Origin: an uncultured Chloroflexia bacterium
GTDB taxonomy: Bacteria; Chloroflexota; Dormibacteria; Aeolococcales; Aeolococcaceae
Direction of reading: 5' to 3'
NCBI GenBank assembly: GCA_963793875.1
Contig: CAWCBS010000007.1
Span: 23,489-87,488, forward strand
DNA: 64,000 nucleotides
A program made the translations under genes and the position numbers. The notes beneath the pieces were generated by a model. That model ran no database searches. It had not been told where the DNA came from and saw only the letters and a program-made list of their open reading frames with translations. Positions 17,663 through 26,388 of this stretch are shown piece after piece (within the stretch, counting starts at the first letter, position 1; every line of letters starts with the position of its first letter).

Positions 17663-19030
17663 ATGCTGACATCCGCGTCCGCGCCGCCGGCGGCCCGCAC
17701 CCGCGAGCTGATCGCACGGGAGAAGGCGTCGTTTCGCGCTCATCGCACCGTTTCGCTCGAGATGTGGCGCACCGCCACGGAGCACATCCCCGGCGGCGTG
17801 GCCAGCTCCTTCCAGGACAAGCCACCCCAGCCGGTGTTTATCGACCGGGGCCAGGGCAGCCGGGTCTGGGACGTGGACGGCAACGAGTACGTCGACTTCC
17901 ACAACGGCTTTGGGGTGATGCTGGTCGGCCACGCCCACCCCACCGTGGTCGCCGCGGTGGGGAGGCAGCTCGCGCGCGGCACCCATTTCGCCCAGCCGGT
18001 GGCCGAGGACGCGGTGGTCGCCGAGGAGCTGAGCCGCCGCTTCGGTCAGCCCCAGTGGCGCTTCACCAACAGCGGCACCGAGTCCACCCTGGATGCGGTG
18101 CGGATCGCCCGCGGCTTCACCGGGCGGGATCGCATCGTCAAGATCGAGGCCTCATATCACGGCCACCACGACGCCGTGCTGGTCTCCGTGGAGCCCCCCG
18201 CCGCCCGGATGGGACCAGTGGAGGCGCCGGTGTCGGTGCCGATGTGCGAGGGCATCCCGGATTCGACCGTGGAGCTCACCAGCGTGGTGCCCTTCAACGA
18301 CCTGGAGGCCCTGGGGCGCGTCTTCGCCCGCCACCCCGACGTCGCCGCGGTCATCCTCGAGCCGGTGATGATGAACATCGGCATCGTCTTCCCCGATCCC
18401 GACTACCTCACCGGGGTGGTGGAGCTGGCCCACCGGCATGGGGCGCTGGTCATCTTCGACGAGGTCAAGACCGGGGTGACCATCGCCCCGGGCGGGGCCA
18501 GCCAGCGCTTCGGCGTGGTCCCCGACCTGGTCTGCCTGGCCAAGGCCATCGGCGGTGGCCTTCCCTGCGGCGCGGTCGGCGGGCGGGCCGACGTGATGCG
18601 CACCATCAGCGACGGCCGGGTCGCCCAGCTGGGGACGTTCAACGGCAACCCGCTGACCATGGCGGCCTCGCGGGCGACCCTCTGCGAGGTGCTCACCCCC
18701 TCCGCCTACGCCCATTTCGACGCCCTCGCCGAGGAGCTCGGGGGGGAGCTCAACGCCGTGATCGACGAGCACCGCCTCCCCTACCACGTGGTCATCGCCG
18801 CCTCCCGCGGCTGCATCACGTACCGGAGCGAGCCGGTGCGCAGCTACCGCGACTACCTCGAGATTGACCCTTCGATGGCCTACCTCTCCTGGCTCTACCA
18901 GTCCAATCGGGGGGTCCTCATGGCCCCCGGGGCGGAGGAGAACTGGACGCTCTCGGTGCAGCACTCGGTGGAGGACGTGCGCCGGTACTCCGACAACTTC
19001 CGCGCCCTGGCCGAGGAGCTGACGGCCTGA
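17663..19030 (+). CDS. class III aminotransferase, glutamate-1-semialdehyde aminomutase-like
   Basis: VWDVDGNEYVDFHNGFGVMLVGHAHP, RFTNSGTESTLDAVRIARGFTGRDRIVKIEASYHGHHD, IFDEVKTGVTIAPGG. Confidence 0.9.
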   Translation: MLTSASAPPAARTRELIAREKASFRAHRTVSLEMWRTATEHIPGGVASSFQDKPPQPVFIDRGQGSRVWDVDGNEYVDFHNGFGVMLVGHAHPTVVAAVGRQLARGTHFAQPVAEDAVVAEELSRRFGQPQWRFTNSGTESTLDAVRIARGFTGRDRIVKIEASYHGHHDAVLVSVEPPAARMGPVEAPVSVPMCEGIPDSTVELTSVVPFNDLEALGRVFARHPDVAAVILEPVMMNIGIVFPDPDYLTGVVELAHRHGALVIFDEVKTGVTIAPGGASQRFGVVPDLVCLAKAIGGGLPCGAVGGRADVMRTISDGRVAQLGTFNGNPLTMAASRATLCEVLTPSAYAHFDALAEELGGELNAVIDEHRLPYHVVIAASRGCITYRSEPVRSYRDYLEIDPSMAYLSWLYQSNRGVLMAPGAEENWTLSVQHSVEDVRRYSDNFRALAEELTA

Positions 19031-19134
19031 GACGGCCGGCCGTTCGCACCCCGAACGACTGATCCCATCACCCCCCAGAGCCGGTTGGCCCGCGGAGAGC
19101 AGCCGGCCGTCGTGCCGCCAATCGCTCTGCCGAC

Positions 19135-19250
19135 ATGAACCCTGGCCTCACCGATGTCTCATCGCTGGTGCTCGCCGATCACCTCGGCGTCATCGACGTC
19201 GCCAGCCTGGACGAGCGGTGCTTCCGCGCGGTGCGGCCTCTGACCCGCTC
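19135..19250 (+). pseudogene. PIN-domain (VapC-like) C-terminal fragment
   Basis: MNPGLTDVSSLVLADHLGVIDVASLDERCFRAVRPL resembles the VapC C-terminus (L-D-A-S-LVALAERLG-...-LTLDRR-F-VVRP). Confidence 0.45.
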
Positions 19251-19428
19251 CCTTGCCTTCCGCCTCCTGCCCAGCGGTGGCTGGCCGAAGACCAGACCCG
19301 GAGGAGGCCGGGTCGGTCGATGCCATCGATTCCTGGGTCGCCGGAACGGTGGACCGGCTCAGGCGATCGCCATGGTTGGCCGGAACATCACGAAGACGTG
19401 GCTCCGGCCGGTAATCTCCACACCATCC

Positions 19429-20778
19429 TCATCCCCTGGCCGGTTGGCCAGCCGCCAGTACCTGAGCGCGCAGCGTCTTGAGCGCAGGGACGAAGATCTC
19501 CGCGAAGGTGGGGAACGGCTGGATGGTGTCCCTCAGGACCTCGAGGGGTACGTGCGCCCGGATCGCCAGGGTGGCCTGCTGCATCCACTCACCAGCCTCG
19601 GGACCGAGGGCGTACGCACCGACCAAGCGCTCACCGTCGCTCAGGAGTGTCAGGAAGCCATTGGCCTGGGCGTACGCCCGGGTGTAGGTGGCGGTCTTGG
19701 CCACGTCCGCGATCCGCGCCGTCGCACTGAAGGGGGCATCGGAAGCGCCCACTGAGGCGGCCTGCGGATCCGTGTAGACGACTGAGGGCACCGCCTCGTA
19801 GTTGGCCTGGCGGCTCTCGCCGGCGATGTTGGCGGCGACGACCTCACCCTGGTACTTGCCGATGTGGGTCAGCAAGCGCACCCCGGTCACATCACCGATC
19901 GCCCACAGGCCCTCGGCGGCGCGCAGGTGACTGTCCACCGGAATCCCGCGCGCATTCGCCGTGACCCCGACCGTCTCCAGGCCGAGCCCATCCACCCGGG
20001 GGCGCCGACCCGTCGCCACCAGCAGCTGGTCGCCGCGCACCTCGCGGCCGTCGTCGAGGGCGAGCACATAGTCGTCACCCTCCCGCCGTGCGGCGGCGGC
20101 GCGCACACCGAGGAGCAGCTCGACACCATCGTCCCCCAAGACCTTGCTGAGGGCATCACCCAGCGGTGCCGGCTCTCGTCCGAGCAGCCGCTGCCCAGCC
20201 TCGATCACGGCCACCTGGCCGCCGAGACGGCGCACGACCTGGGCCATCTCAACTCCCACCGGCCCGCCGCCGAGCACCAGCAGTCGCCGCGGGACTGCCC
20301 GCATGCCGGTGGCGTCGCGGTTCGTCCAGACGCCTTCCAGCTGAGCCAGACCTGGGATCGGCGGCATGATCGGGTCCGAACCCGTTGCGATGACCACGTG
20401 GCTCGCGGAGTGATGGACACCCTCCACCTCCACCTGCCCAGCTCCGGTGAGGCGTCCGGTGCCGCGCAGCAGGTCGATTCCCTTGCTCGCCAGCCATCGC
20501 TCCTGGCCGGCGTCTGAGTAGTTCGAAACCATGAAGTCTCGCCAGGCGAACACCGCGGCGGCGTCCAGCTCAGCGGCGGCTCCGGCCTCACGGGCTTCAT
20601 GGACAGCCTCGCCGGGGCGCAGCAGCGTCTTCGACGGGATGCACGCCCAGTACGAGCACTCCCCCCCCACCAGTTCGCGCTCGACGAGAGCGACCCGCAG
20701 CCCCAGATCCGCCAGCTCTCCGGCGCAGTGCTCACCCGGAGAGCCACCGCCCACGACGATGACGTCATAGCTGCTCAC
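19429..20778 (-). CDS. FAD-dependent pyridine nucleotide-disulfide oxidoreductase (dihydrolipoamide dehydrogenase/mercuric reductase-like)
   Basis: VSSYDVIVVGGGSPGEHCAGELADLGLRVALVERELVGGECSYWACIPSKTLLRP; redox motif is CSYWAC. Confidence 0.88.
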   Translation of the reverse strand: MSSYDVIVVGGGSPGEHCAGELADLGLRVALVERELVGGECSYWACIPSKTLLRPGEAVHEAREAGAAAELDAAAVFAWRDFMVSNYSDAGQERWLASKGIDLLRGTGRLTGAGQVEVEGVHHSASHVVIATGSDPIMPPIPGLAQLEGVWTNRDATGMRAVPRRLLVLGGGPVGVEMAQVVRRLGGQVAVIEAGQRLLGREPAPLGDALSKVLGDDGVELLLGVRAAAARREGDDYVLALDDGREVRGDQLLVATGRRPRVDGLGLETVGVTANARGIPVDSHLRAAEGLWAIGDVTGVRLLTHIGKYQGEVVAANIAGESRQANYEAVPSVVYTDPQAASVGASDAPFSATARIADVAKTATYTRAYAQANGFLTLLSDGERLVGAYALGPEAGEWMQQATLAIRAHVPLEVLRDTIQPFPTFAEIFVPALKTLRAQVLAAGQPARG

Positions 20779-21326
20779 GCGCTTCCTCCACTGCCACAGC
20801 AAGACCACTCCACCCGGGTTCGGCGACCCGGCATGCGACTGATGACTTCCTGAACGAACCCGGCATTGCGGTTCGGATCGCTGGACGACAGACACGAGCC
20901 GTGGCTCCCGGGATCGGCTGCTGGGCCCGGTGCCCGGGCCGTCGTCCGGGCGCGGTAAAGGACGCCTCCGGTGTCATGAAACCCCTCAGCCCACCTCGAC
21001 CGCCGCCCATCAGGTGCCGCCGGGCGCGGTCGATTGAGGGCGACCCTGAGCCGTCGCCGCGCGACACCGCTGCCCAAGATGATCGAGCATGCCGAACCGG
21101 GCGGCGCCAGCTGGACGACGCCAAATGCACCGCCGTGCCCGGTCTGCATCAGCCACGGGGACGCCCATCACCTCGAGCCTCCTCTCCACCGCCTACCGCC
21201 GCCCCGCCCCAGGCAGGCCCCGCCATCCCGCCTCACCGCAGTCGATCCTGGTGCGCAGATTAGCGCCTCGTCCTGGGGCGCACCAGCCGGGATCCGAGCC
21301 AGGCGGCAGTAGGATTCCTGCTACCG

Positions 21327-21743
21327 ATGAGGCTGGATGGGCAGGCCACGGAGCGTGACGCCAGGATCCGCGCCCGGCTGGAGGAGCACTGGAAAGCCTC
21401 CGACCGCGGGGAGACCGACACCGAGCACGCCATCTATGCCGCGGACGCGATCCTTGACTATCCGCAGTCAGGAGAGCGCTTCCGGGGCCGGTCAAAGATC
21501 GAGGCGCAGCGGGGCGGGCACCCGGCCGAACGCCGCTTCACCGTCCTGCGGATCCGGGGCAGCGGCGATCTCTGGGTGAGCGAGTGCGTGATCACCTACG
21601 ACAAGGTGCCCACCTACTCGGTGAGCGTCATGGAGTTCGCCGGCGATCTGGTGACCCACGAGAGCCAGTACTTCGCCGACCCCTTCGAGGCGCCCTCCTG
21701 GCGAGCGGCGTTGGCCGAGACGATCCCGGCCCCCGATCCATGA
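21327..21743 (+). CDS. nuclear transport factor 2 / SnoaL-like family protein
   Basis: 138 aa; YAADAILDYPQSGERFRGRSKIEAQRG...VTHESQYFADPFEAPSWR. Confidence 0.75.
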   Translation: MRLDGQATERDARIRARLEEHWKASDRGETDTEHAIYAADAILDYPQSGERFRGRSKIEAQRGGHPAERRFTVLRIRGSGDLWVSECVITYDKVPTYSVSVMEFAGDLVTHESQYFADPFEAPSWRAALAETIPAPDP

Positions 21744-21880
21744 CCTCGCGCGGCCGCAGGGCGAGGGACCGCATCGCGCGTGCCCCTGCGCTCAAGGCCG
21801 GGAGGCGGGATCCCTCCCCCTCACCGGTCAGGGATTGCCGCCCCGCCCTGGTTCCATGGGTGAACCCGGCCGCGGGGGTG

Positions 21881-21930
21881 GGCGAACCAACCCGGATTCC
21901 CTTGCTACTCCCTGAGTGACGGACCCAACC
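21881..21930 (+). promoter_or_regulatory. shared 50-bp upstream motif, copy A
   Basis: GGCGAACCAACCCGGATTCCCTTGCTACTCCCTGAGTGACGGACCCAACC, 40/50 identical and ungapped to 22701-22750. Confidence 0.65.
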
Positions 21931-21945
21931 ACGAGCGAGGCGGCC

Positions 21946-22350
21946 ATGGCCAAGATCGAGATCACCCCCACCTCCCTGGTCGTCCACATCGAGGGCTTCG
22001 ACCGCTTTCTGGCGCTCATCTCCGGCCTCTCCGGCGGGGTCAAGGCCCGGCTGGAGGTTCCCCTGGCGCATGTCGCCGGGGTCGACACCTCGGTTCCCGA
22101 GGCCCGTCAGACCTGGAAGGGCTGGACCGTCGCCGCGCTGAGCGTGCCCCACTCGGTCACCGTCGGCCGCCTGATCCACGTCTTCGGGGAGCGCCGCGGC
22201 GAATGGTCCTTCTGGGACGTCACCGATCCCGACAAGGCGATCGCCATTCACCTCCACGACGAGCACTACGCCAGGCTCGTGATCGGGGTCGACGATCCGT
22301 CCGGGGTGGCGGCGGAGATCCACCAGGCCGTCGCGGCGGCGGCGCGGTAG
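21946..22350 (+). CDS. conserved hypothetical protein
   Basis: MAKIEITPTSLVVHIEGFDRFLALISGLSGGVKARLEVPLAHVAGV...; preceded by motif copy A. Confidence 0.7.
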   Translation: MAKIEITPTSLVVHIEGFDRFLALISGLSGGVKARLEVPLAHVAGVDTSVPEARQTWKGWTVAALSVPHSVTVGRLIHVFGERRGEWSFWDVTDPDKAIAIHLHDEHYARLVIGVDDPSGVAAEIHQAVAAAAR

Positions 22351-22358
22351 GCCGTCTC

Positions 22359-22547
22359 ATGGTGCGGCGTCGGACGCTCGGAGTGCCGGCCTTCACCACG
22401 GTCGTCGGAAGTGCGGCCCTGGTGGTGGCGATTCTCGAAGTGGTGCTCGTCCGCCTCGGGCTGGTGCCGGTGATCGACGTCGTCCTGGGCCTGATCGCCG
22501 CCTGGGTGGTGGTGACGCTCGTCGCCAGCTGGCTGACCCGCGGTTGA
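22359..22547 (+). CDS. small membrane protein
   Basis: MVRRRTLGVPAFTTVVGSAALVVAILEVVLVRLGLVPVIDVVLGLIAAWVVVTLVASWLTRG, two hydrophobic segments. Confidence 0.45.
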   Translation: MVRRRTLGVPAFTTVVGSAALVVAILEVVLVRLGLVPVIDVVLGLIAAWVVVTLVASWLTRG

Positions 22548-22700
22548 TGCGCCACCACCCCGCCCGCGCCGCGCGGCCATCACCGCGTGGTGCGGGCATG
22601 CTCTACCCTCGGGGTGCTGGCGGCCGGGCTCCGCTGGGTCCCGAGGAGGCGTATGGCGCCGCTCTGGCGGGGTGCCATCCGGACCCTCGCTGCGGGGATC

Positions 22701-22750
22701 GGCGAACCAAACCGGCCTTCAGAGCCACTCCATGAGTGATGGACCCAACC
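22701..22750 (+). promoter_or_regulatory. shared 50-bp upstream motif, copy B (upstream of the ECF sigma gene)
   Basis: GGCGAACCAAACCGGCCTTCAGAGCCACTCCATGAGTGATGGACCCAACC; GAACC resembles an ECF -35. Confidence 0.65.
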
Positions 22751-22785
22751 TCCCGCCGCGATCGTCGTTGAAGGTGGTGCCTCGG

Positions 22786-23385
22786 ATGACCACCAGCAAC
22801 GATCTGCCGATGGGGTTCTCCGCAAGCGCGGAAATCGAGGAGGACCCCGACCTCGCCCTGCTGCGCCGGATCGCGACCGGCGATCAGAGGGCGATCGAGG
22901 AGCTGTACGGCCGCCACAGCCGGCTCCTGCTCGGCCAGCTTCAGTTCATGGTCGGCCAACCGGCCCTCGCGGAGGAGATCCTCCAGGACACCATGCTCGC
23001 CGTCTGGAGGGGAGCGCGCACCTTCCGGGGCGGCTCGCGGGTGCGCACCTGGTTGCTCGGCATCGCGCGGCGGCAGGCCCGCGACCGGATGCGGCGGCAG
23101 CGGCCCGTGCCCCTGGCGGACTCCGAACTGGCCCAGCGGCCCAGCCCGAACCCCGGTCCCGAGGCGGTGGCCGTCGAGCGGGCCGAGGTTCGGCGGATGG
23201 TGGCCGCGCTCAGCACGCTGACATTTCCGCACCGGGAGGTCTTGGGCCTGGTCTTCGGAGCGGACCTCGGCCTCGCCGAGGTCGCTCGGATCCTGGAGGT
23301 CCCCCTGGGGACCGTCAAGAGCCGGCTTCACGCGGCGCGTGCCGCGCTCAGCCGGGCCATGAACGAGAAAGGTACGAACGAATGA
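22786..23385 (+). CDS. RNA polymerase sigma factor, ECF/sigma-70 family
   Basis: ALLRRIATGDQRAIEELYGRHSRLLLGQLQFMVGQPALAEEILQDTMLAVWRGARTFRGGSRVRTWLLGIARRQARDRMRR...LGLAEVARILEVPLGTVKSRLHAARAAL. Confidence 0.93.
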   Translation: MTTSNDLPMGFSASAEIEEDPDLALLRRIATGDQRAIEELYGRHSRLLLGQLQFMVGQPALAEEILQDTMLAVWRGARTFRGGSRVRTWLLGIARRQARDRMRRQRPVPLADSELAQRPSPNPGPEAVAVERAEVRRMVAALSTLTFPHREVLGLVFGADLGLAEVARILEVPLGTVKSRLHAARAALSRAMNEKGTNE

Positions 23386-24461
23386 AGACCGAGACACGTC
23401 ATCTCACCATCGAACAGCTCCTCTCCGTCGCGGGCGGCCAGGACCTGGACGGGGAGGCGGCTGCCCATCTGGGGGCCTGCACGGCGTGCAGCGTTGAGGT
23501 GGCTCAATGGACGGCGATCGCGGGCGGTGTCCGCCAGGTCACGGCCGGGGTCGAGCCGCCTCCGTGGTCGCCGCAGCCATCTCTGCTGGAAGCCCAGAAG
23601 GGACCAGGCTGGGGGGAGCGGCTTCGGGATGCGGTGCGCGCATCGATCGGGCCGCGGCGCCGGCTGATCGCCGCGTTCACCGCCACCGCCCTGGTCGCCG
23701 CCGCCGCCGTCTCGTATGGCGTGGTCGTCCTGAGCGGAGCCGGCCGCACGCCGGGCCCGACGGTCTCCCCGGGCTCGAGCGGCAGCGCGCGACTCGTGGT
23801 GCTGGACAGCGTGCAGGCGACGACGGCCCAGTCCTACGACGCCACCTTCAGCTTCAGCGAGACCACCAGCTATGGCCCCTACGGCCAGACGCCGACCACC
23901 GTCACCCTGCCCCTTCAGATCCAGGCCGAGAGCTCAACGCGGGAGCAGACGACCGTCATCGGGACCGTGGCCGGGACGCCGGTCGACGTGGTGACGATCA
24001 CCTACGACGGCACCGCTTACCAGTCCACCGACGGCGGCGGCACTTTCCGGACCGAGCCCCTCTCCGCAGCCAATCAGTACGGCATCCAGAACGAGCTGCA
24101 ACTGCTGCAGTCGGTGGGGACCGTGAGCGACCAGGGATCGGGGACGGCTGACGGCGTGGCCGTGGAGAGGTATCACGCCCTGATCGACCCGGCCAAGATC
24201 CAGAAGGAGCTGATCTCGCTCCTCCCGGACGTCAGCGGGCAGGCTCGGAACGTCCTCAGCGCGGTGACCATCACCGCCGCGACCGTGGACGTGACCATCG
24301 ACGGCTCGGGCCGCATCGTCACCCTGAATTCCGACCTGACCGCCTCCGTCAACGGGTCGGCGCTCGGTATCTCCGGGAACCCCACCGTTCACGAGACCTG
24401 GTCGGGGCAGTTCTTCAACTACGGCGCCAACATCGTGGTGCAGCCTCCCCCCACCAGCTGA
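23382..24461 (+). CDS. putative anti-sigma factor with zf-HC2-like N-terminus, one TM segment and a secreted C-terminal domain
   Basis: Overlaps the sigma gene stop; HLTIEQLLSVAGGQDLDGEAAAHLGACTACSVEVAQW; TM LIAAFTATALVAAAAVSYGVVVL. Confidence 0.75.
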   Translation: MKTETRHLTIEQLLSVAGGQDLDGEAAAHLGACTACSVEVAQWTAIAGGVRQVTAGVEPPPWSPQPSLLEAQKGPGWGERLRDAVRASIGPRRRLIAAFTATALVAAAAVSYGVVVLSGAGRTPGPTVSPGSSGSARLVVLDSVQATTAQSYDATFSFSETTSYGPYGQTPTTVTLPLQIQAESSTREQTTVIGTVAGTPVDVVTITYDGTAYQSTDGGGTFRTEPLSAANQYGIQNELQLLQSVGTVSDQGSGTADGVAVERYHALIDPAKIQKELISLLPDVSGQARNVLSAVTITAATVDVTIDGSGRIVTLNSDLTASVNGSALGISGNPTVHETWSGQFFNYGANIVVQPPPTS

Positions 24462-24478
24462 GCCTCCAACCGGCTCAC

Positions 24479-24503
24479 GCAGGCCGGGCCGGGCCCGGCC
24501 TGC
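24479..24503. terminator. bidirectional-type hairpin between convergent genes
   Basis: GCAGGCCGGG ccggg CCCGGCCTGC, perfect 10-bp stem. Confidence 0.5.
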
Positions 24504-24602
24504 GGAGCTGAGCCCGGGCCTCGATGGCGGCCAGGCGACCCCGACCGGACCGGGGCGCAGCTCGACGGATGGCCGGCCGCCGCCCCGGGGTGGATGGCCG
24601 GC

Positions 24603-24965
24603 TCACTGGCGGTTCATGGACACCATGGTCTGCGCACAGCCAGCGCAGACGGCCAGGCCGGCTCTCACGGCCAGGGCGGTACAGGGAACGAAGGGTGGTC
24701 CCTGCTCCGGCGCATCGCTCCTGCCGCAGAAGGCGCAGGTCACGGTTCCCAGATCGGCTCGAGAGAAGGCGGAGGCACCCGCCGCGATGGGAGTGGCAGC
24801 GTCGGGACTGGCCAGGAGCGCAGCCGCCTCCTCGACGCAGTCGGCGCAGATGACGAGCCTCTCCCGTGGCCCCTCGGGTCCAGCCCCCTGGCCGGTGATC
24901 AGCCTCGCTCTCCCTCCGCAGAAGGTGCACGTCTCGCGGCGAACCGGCTCCGGCACGACGTGCAT
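24603..24965 (-). CDS. stand-alone protein with two ClpX-type C4 zinc-binding modules
   Basis: RETCTFCGGRARLITGQG...RLVICADCVEEAAALL and GTVTCAFCGRSDAPEQG...LAVCAGCAQTMVSM; no AAA+ domain. Confidence 0.75.
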   Translation of the reverse strand: MHVVPEPVRRETCTFCGGRARLITGQGAGPEGPRERLVICADCVEEAAALLASPDAATPIAAGASAFSRADLGTVTCAFCGRSDAPEQGPPFVPCTALAVRAGLAVCAGCAQTMVSMNRQ

Positions 24966-25076
24966 TCTGGAGGGTGAGCGGTCCGCGCTTCAGAGGCTCA
25001 GGCGAACAGCGGCCGGACTCGACGCCGTCCCCGAGCGGGCCTCCTCAAACTAGCGCACGGCGGCCGCCCGGGAGGC

Positions 25077-25895
25077 TCAGCGCGGTGCTGGCCCACCGGC
25101 GAGGCTGCGTTGCCAGAGGTCGAGGGTCCGTTCGAAGTGGCGCTCGCAGGCGTCGTGATCGTAGACGGGGAGGTCTGCCATGGCGAAGCCGTGCGAGGTG
25201 CCTGGCAACCGCTCCACCACGCCCCGGACGCCCCGCCGCTTCAGCTCCTCACGAAACCGGTCGACGAGCTCCGGGGTGGCCGAGCGGTCGTTCTCTGCGA
25301 AGGCGAAGTAGAGCTCACCGCGCACCCCGGCCAGGTCGTGGTGGGGGGAATCGGGCGCCTCGGTGACCAGGGCGCCGGGGTGGATGCCCGCCGCGGCGAC
25401 AACCTGGCCGGCGAGCGCGGAGGCCGCGTGGAGCGCCAGGCGCCCGCCCATGCAGTAGCCGACGCAGACCTTGGGCCCCTGGCTGGCCATGGGATCCGGA
25501 TCGATCGCTGCCAGGACGGCCTCGGTGTCGGCGATCACCGCGTCGGGCGTCACGCTCCGCACCACGGCCATCAGACGCTCCGCCGCCGGCCCCGCCATTC
25601 CCTCCGCGGCCAGCTTGGCCATGTCGAAGGTCAGCCCCTTGCCGGAGCGGTAGAAGAGATCCGGCGCCACGCAGTAGTAGCCGTCGGCAGCGAACCGGCG
25701 CGCGTTCTTCTTCACCTGATCGCGGTAGCCGATCCCGTCCATGTACAGCACCGCGACCGGGTAGGGCCCCTCGCCATCGGGGTGAACGACGAAGGTGGTC
25801 ATCTCTCCGTCGGGTGTGCGCACCCCGATCTCCCTCTCGCCCACGGGCCTCACTCCTTCTGGGCCCTCGCCGGTGAGGGCCCCGCCAGCCTCCAA
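25077..25895 (-). CDS. dienelactone hydrolase family protein
   Basis: PYPVAVLYMDGIGYRDQVKKNARRFAADGYYCVAPDLFYRSG...VGYCMGGRLALHAA...LPGTSHGFAMADLPVYDHDACERHFER. Confidence 0.9.
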   Translation of the reverse strand: MEAGGALTGEGPEGVRPVGEREIGVRTPDGEMTTFVVHPDGEGPYPVAVLYMDGIGYRDQVKKNARRFAADGYYCVAPDLFYRSGKGLTFDMAKLAAEGMAGPAAERLMAVVRSVTPDAVIADTEAVLAAIDPDPMASQGPKVCVGYCMGGRLALHAASALAGQVVAAAGIHPGALVTEAPDSPHHDLAGVRGELYFAFAENDRSATPELVDRFREELKRRGVRGVVERLPGTSHGFAMADLPVYDHDACERHFERTLDLWQRSLAGGPAPR

Positions 25896-25980
25896 GTATC
25901 CTCAGCTGCACGGCTCGAGACCAGGCTTGGGCCGCCGGACGAACGCCACGACGGCTGCCAGCCTCTGAGGAGGGCGAGCG

Positions 25981-26370
25981 ATGGGGACGCGGCACATCAA
26001 CCCGGCGGGGCTGCATCGCAGCCCGGCCTTCAGCCAGGCCGTCGTGGTCGAGCAGCCGGTGAAGACGATCTACATCGGTGGGCAGAACGGCGTCGACGCC
26101 GACGGGAAGGTGGTTGGGCCCACGGTCCGCGAGCAGACCGGCCAGGCGCTCCGCAACCTGGCGACGATCCTGGCGAGCGAGGGCGCAAGCCTGGCCAACA
26201 TCGTGCACTGGTCGATCGCGGTGGTGGACGGCCACCCTTTGGAGGAGGGCGTGGCCGCCTTCCAAAGGGCATGGAACCCGGCCGACCCACCGCCGGCCAT
26301 CACCGTCCACGTGGTCGCCGGCCTGGGGCCCGGGTACCTCGTCGAGATCGACGCCGTCGCCGTCATCTGA
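25981..26370 (+). CDS. RidA/YjgF family protein
   Basis: SPAFSQAVVVEQPVKTIYIGGQNGVDADGKVVG...GQALRNLATILASEGASLANIVHWSIAVV. Confidence 0.88.
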   Translation: MGTRHINPAGLHRSPAFSQAVVVEQPVKTIYIGGQNGVDADGKVVGPTVREQTGQALRNLATILASEGASLANIVHWSIAVVDGHPLEEGVAAFQRAWNPADPPPAITVHVVAGLGPGYLVEIDAVAVI

Positions 26371-26388
26371 CCGGCTTCCCCGGCCACG

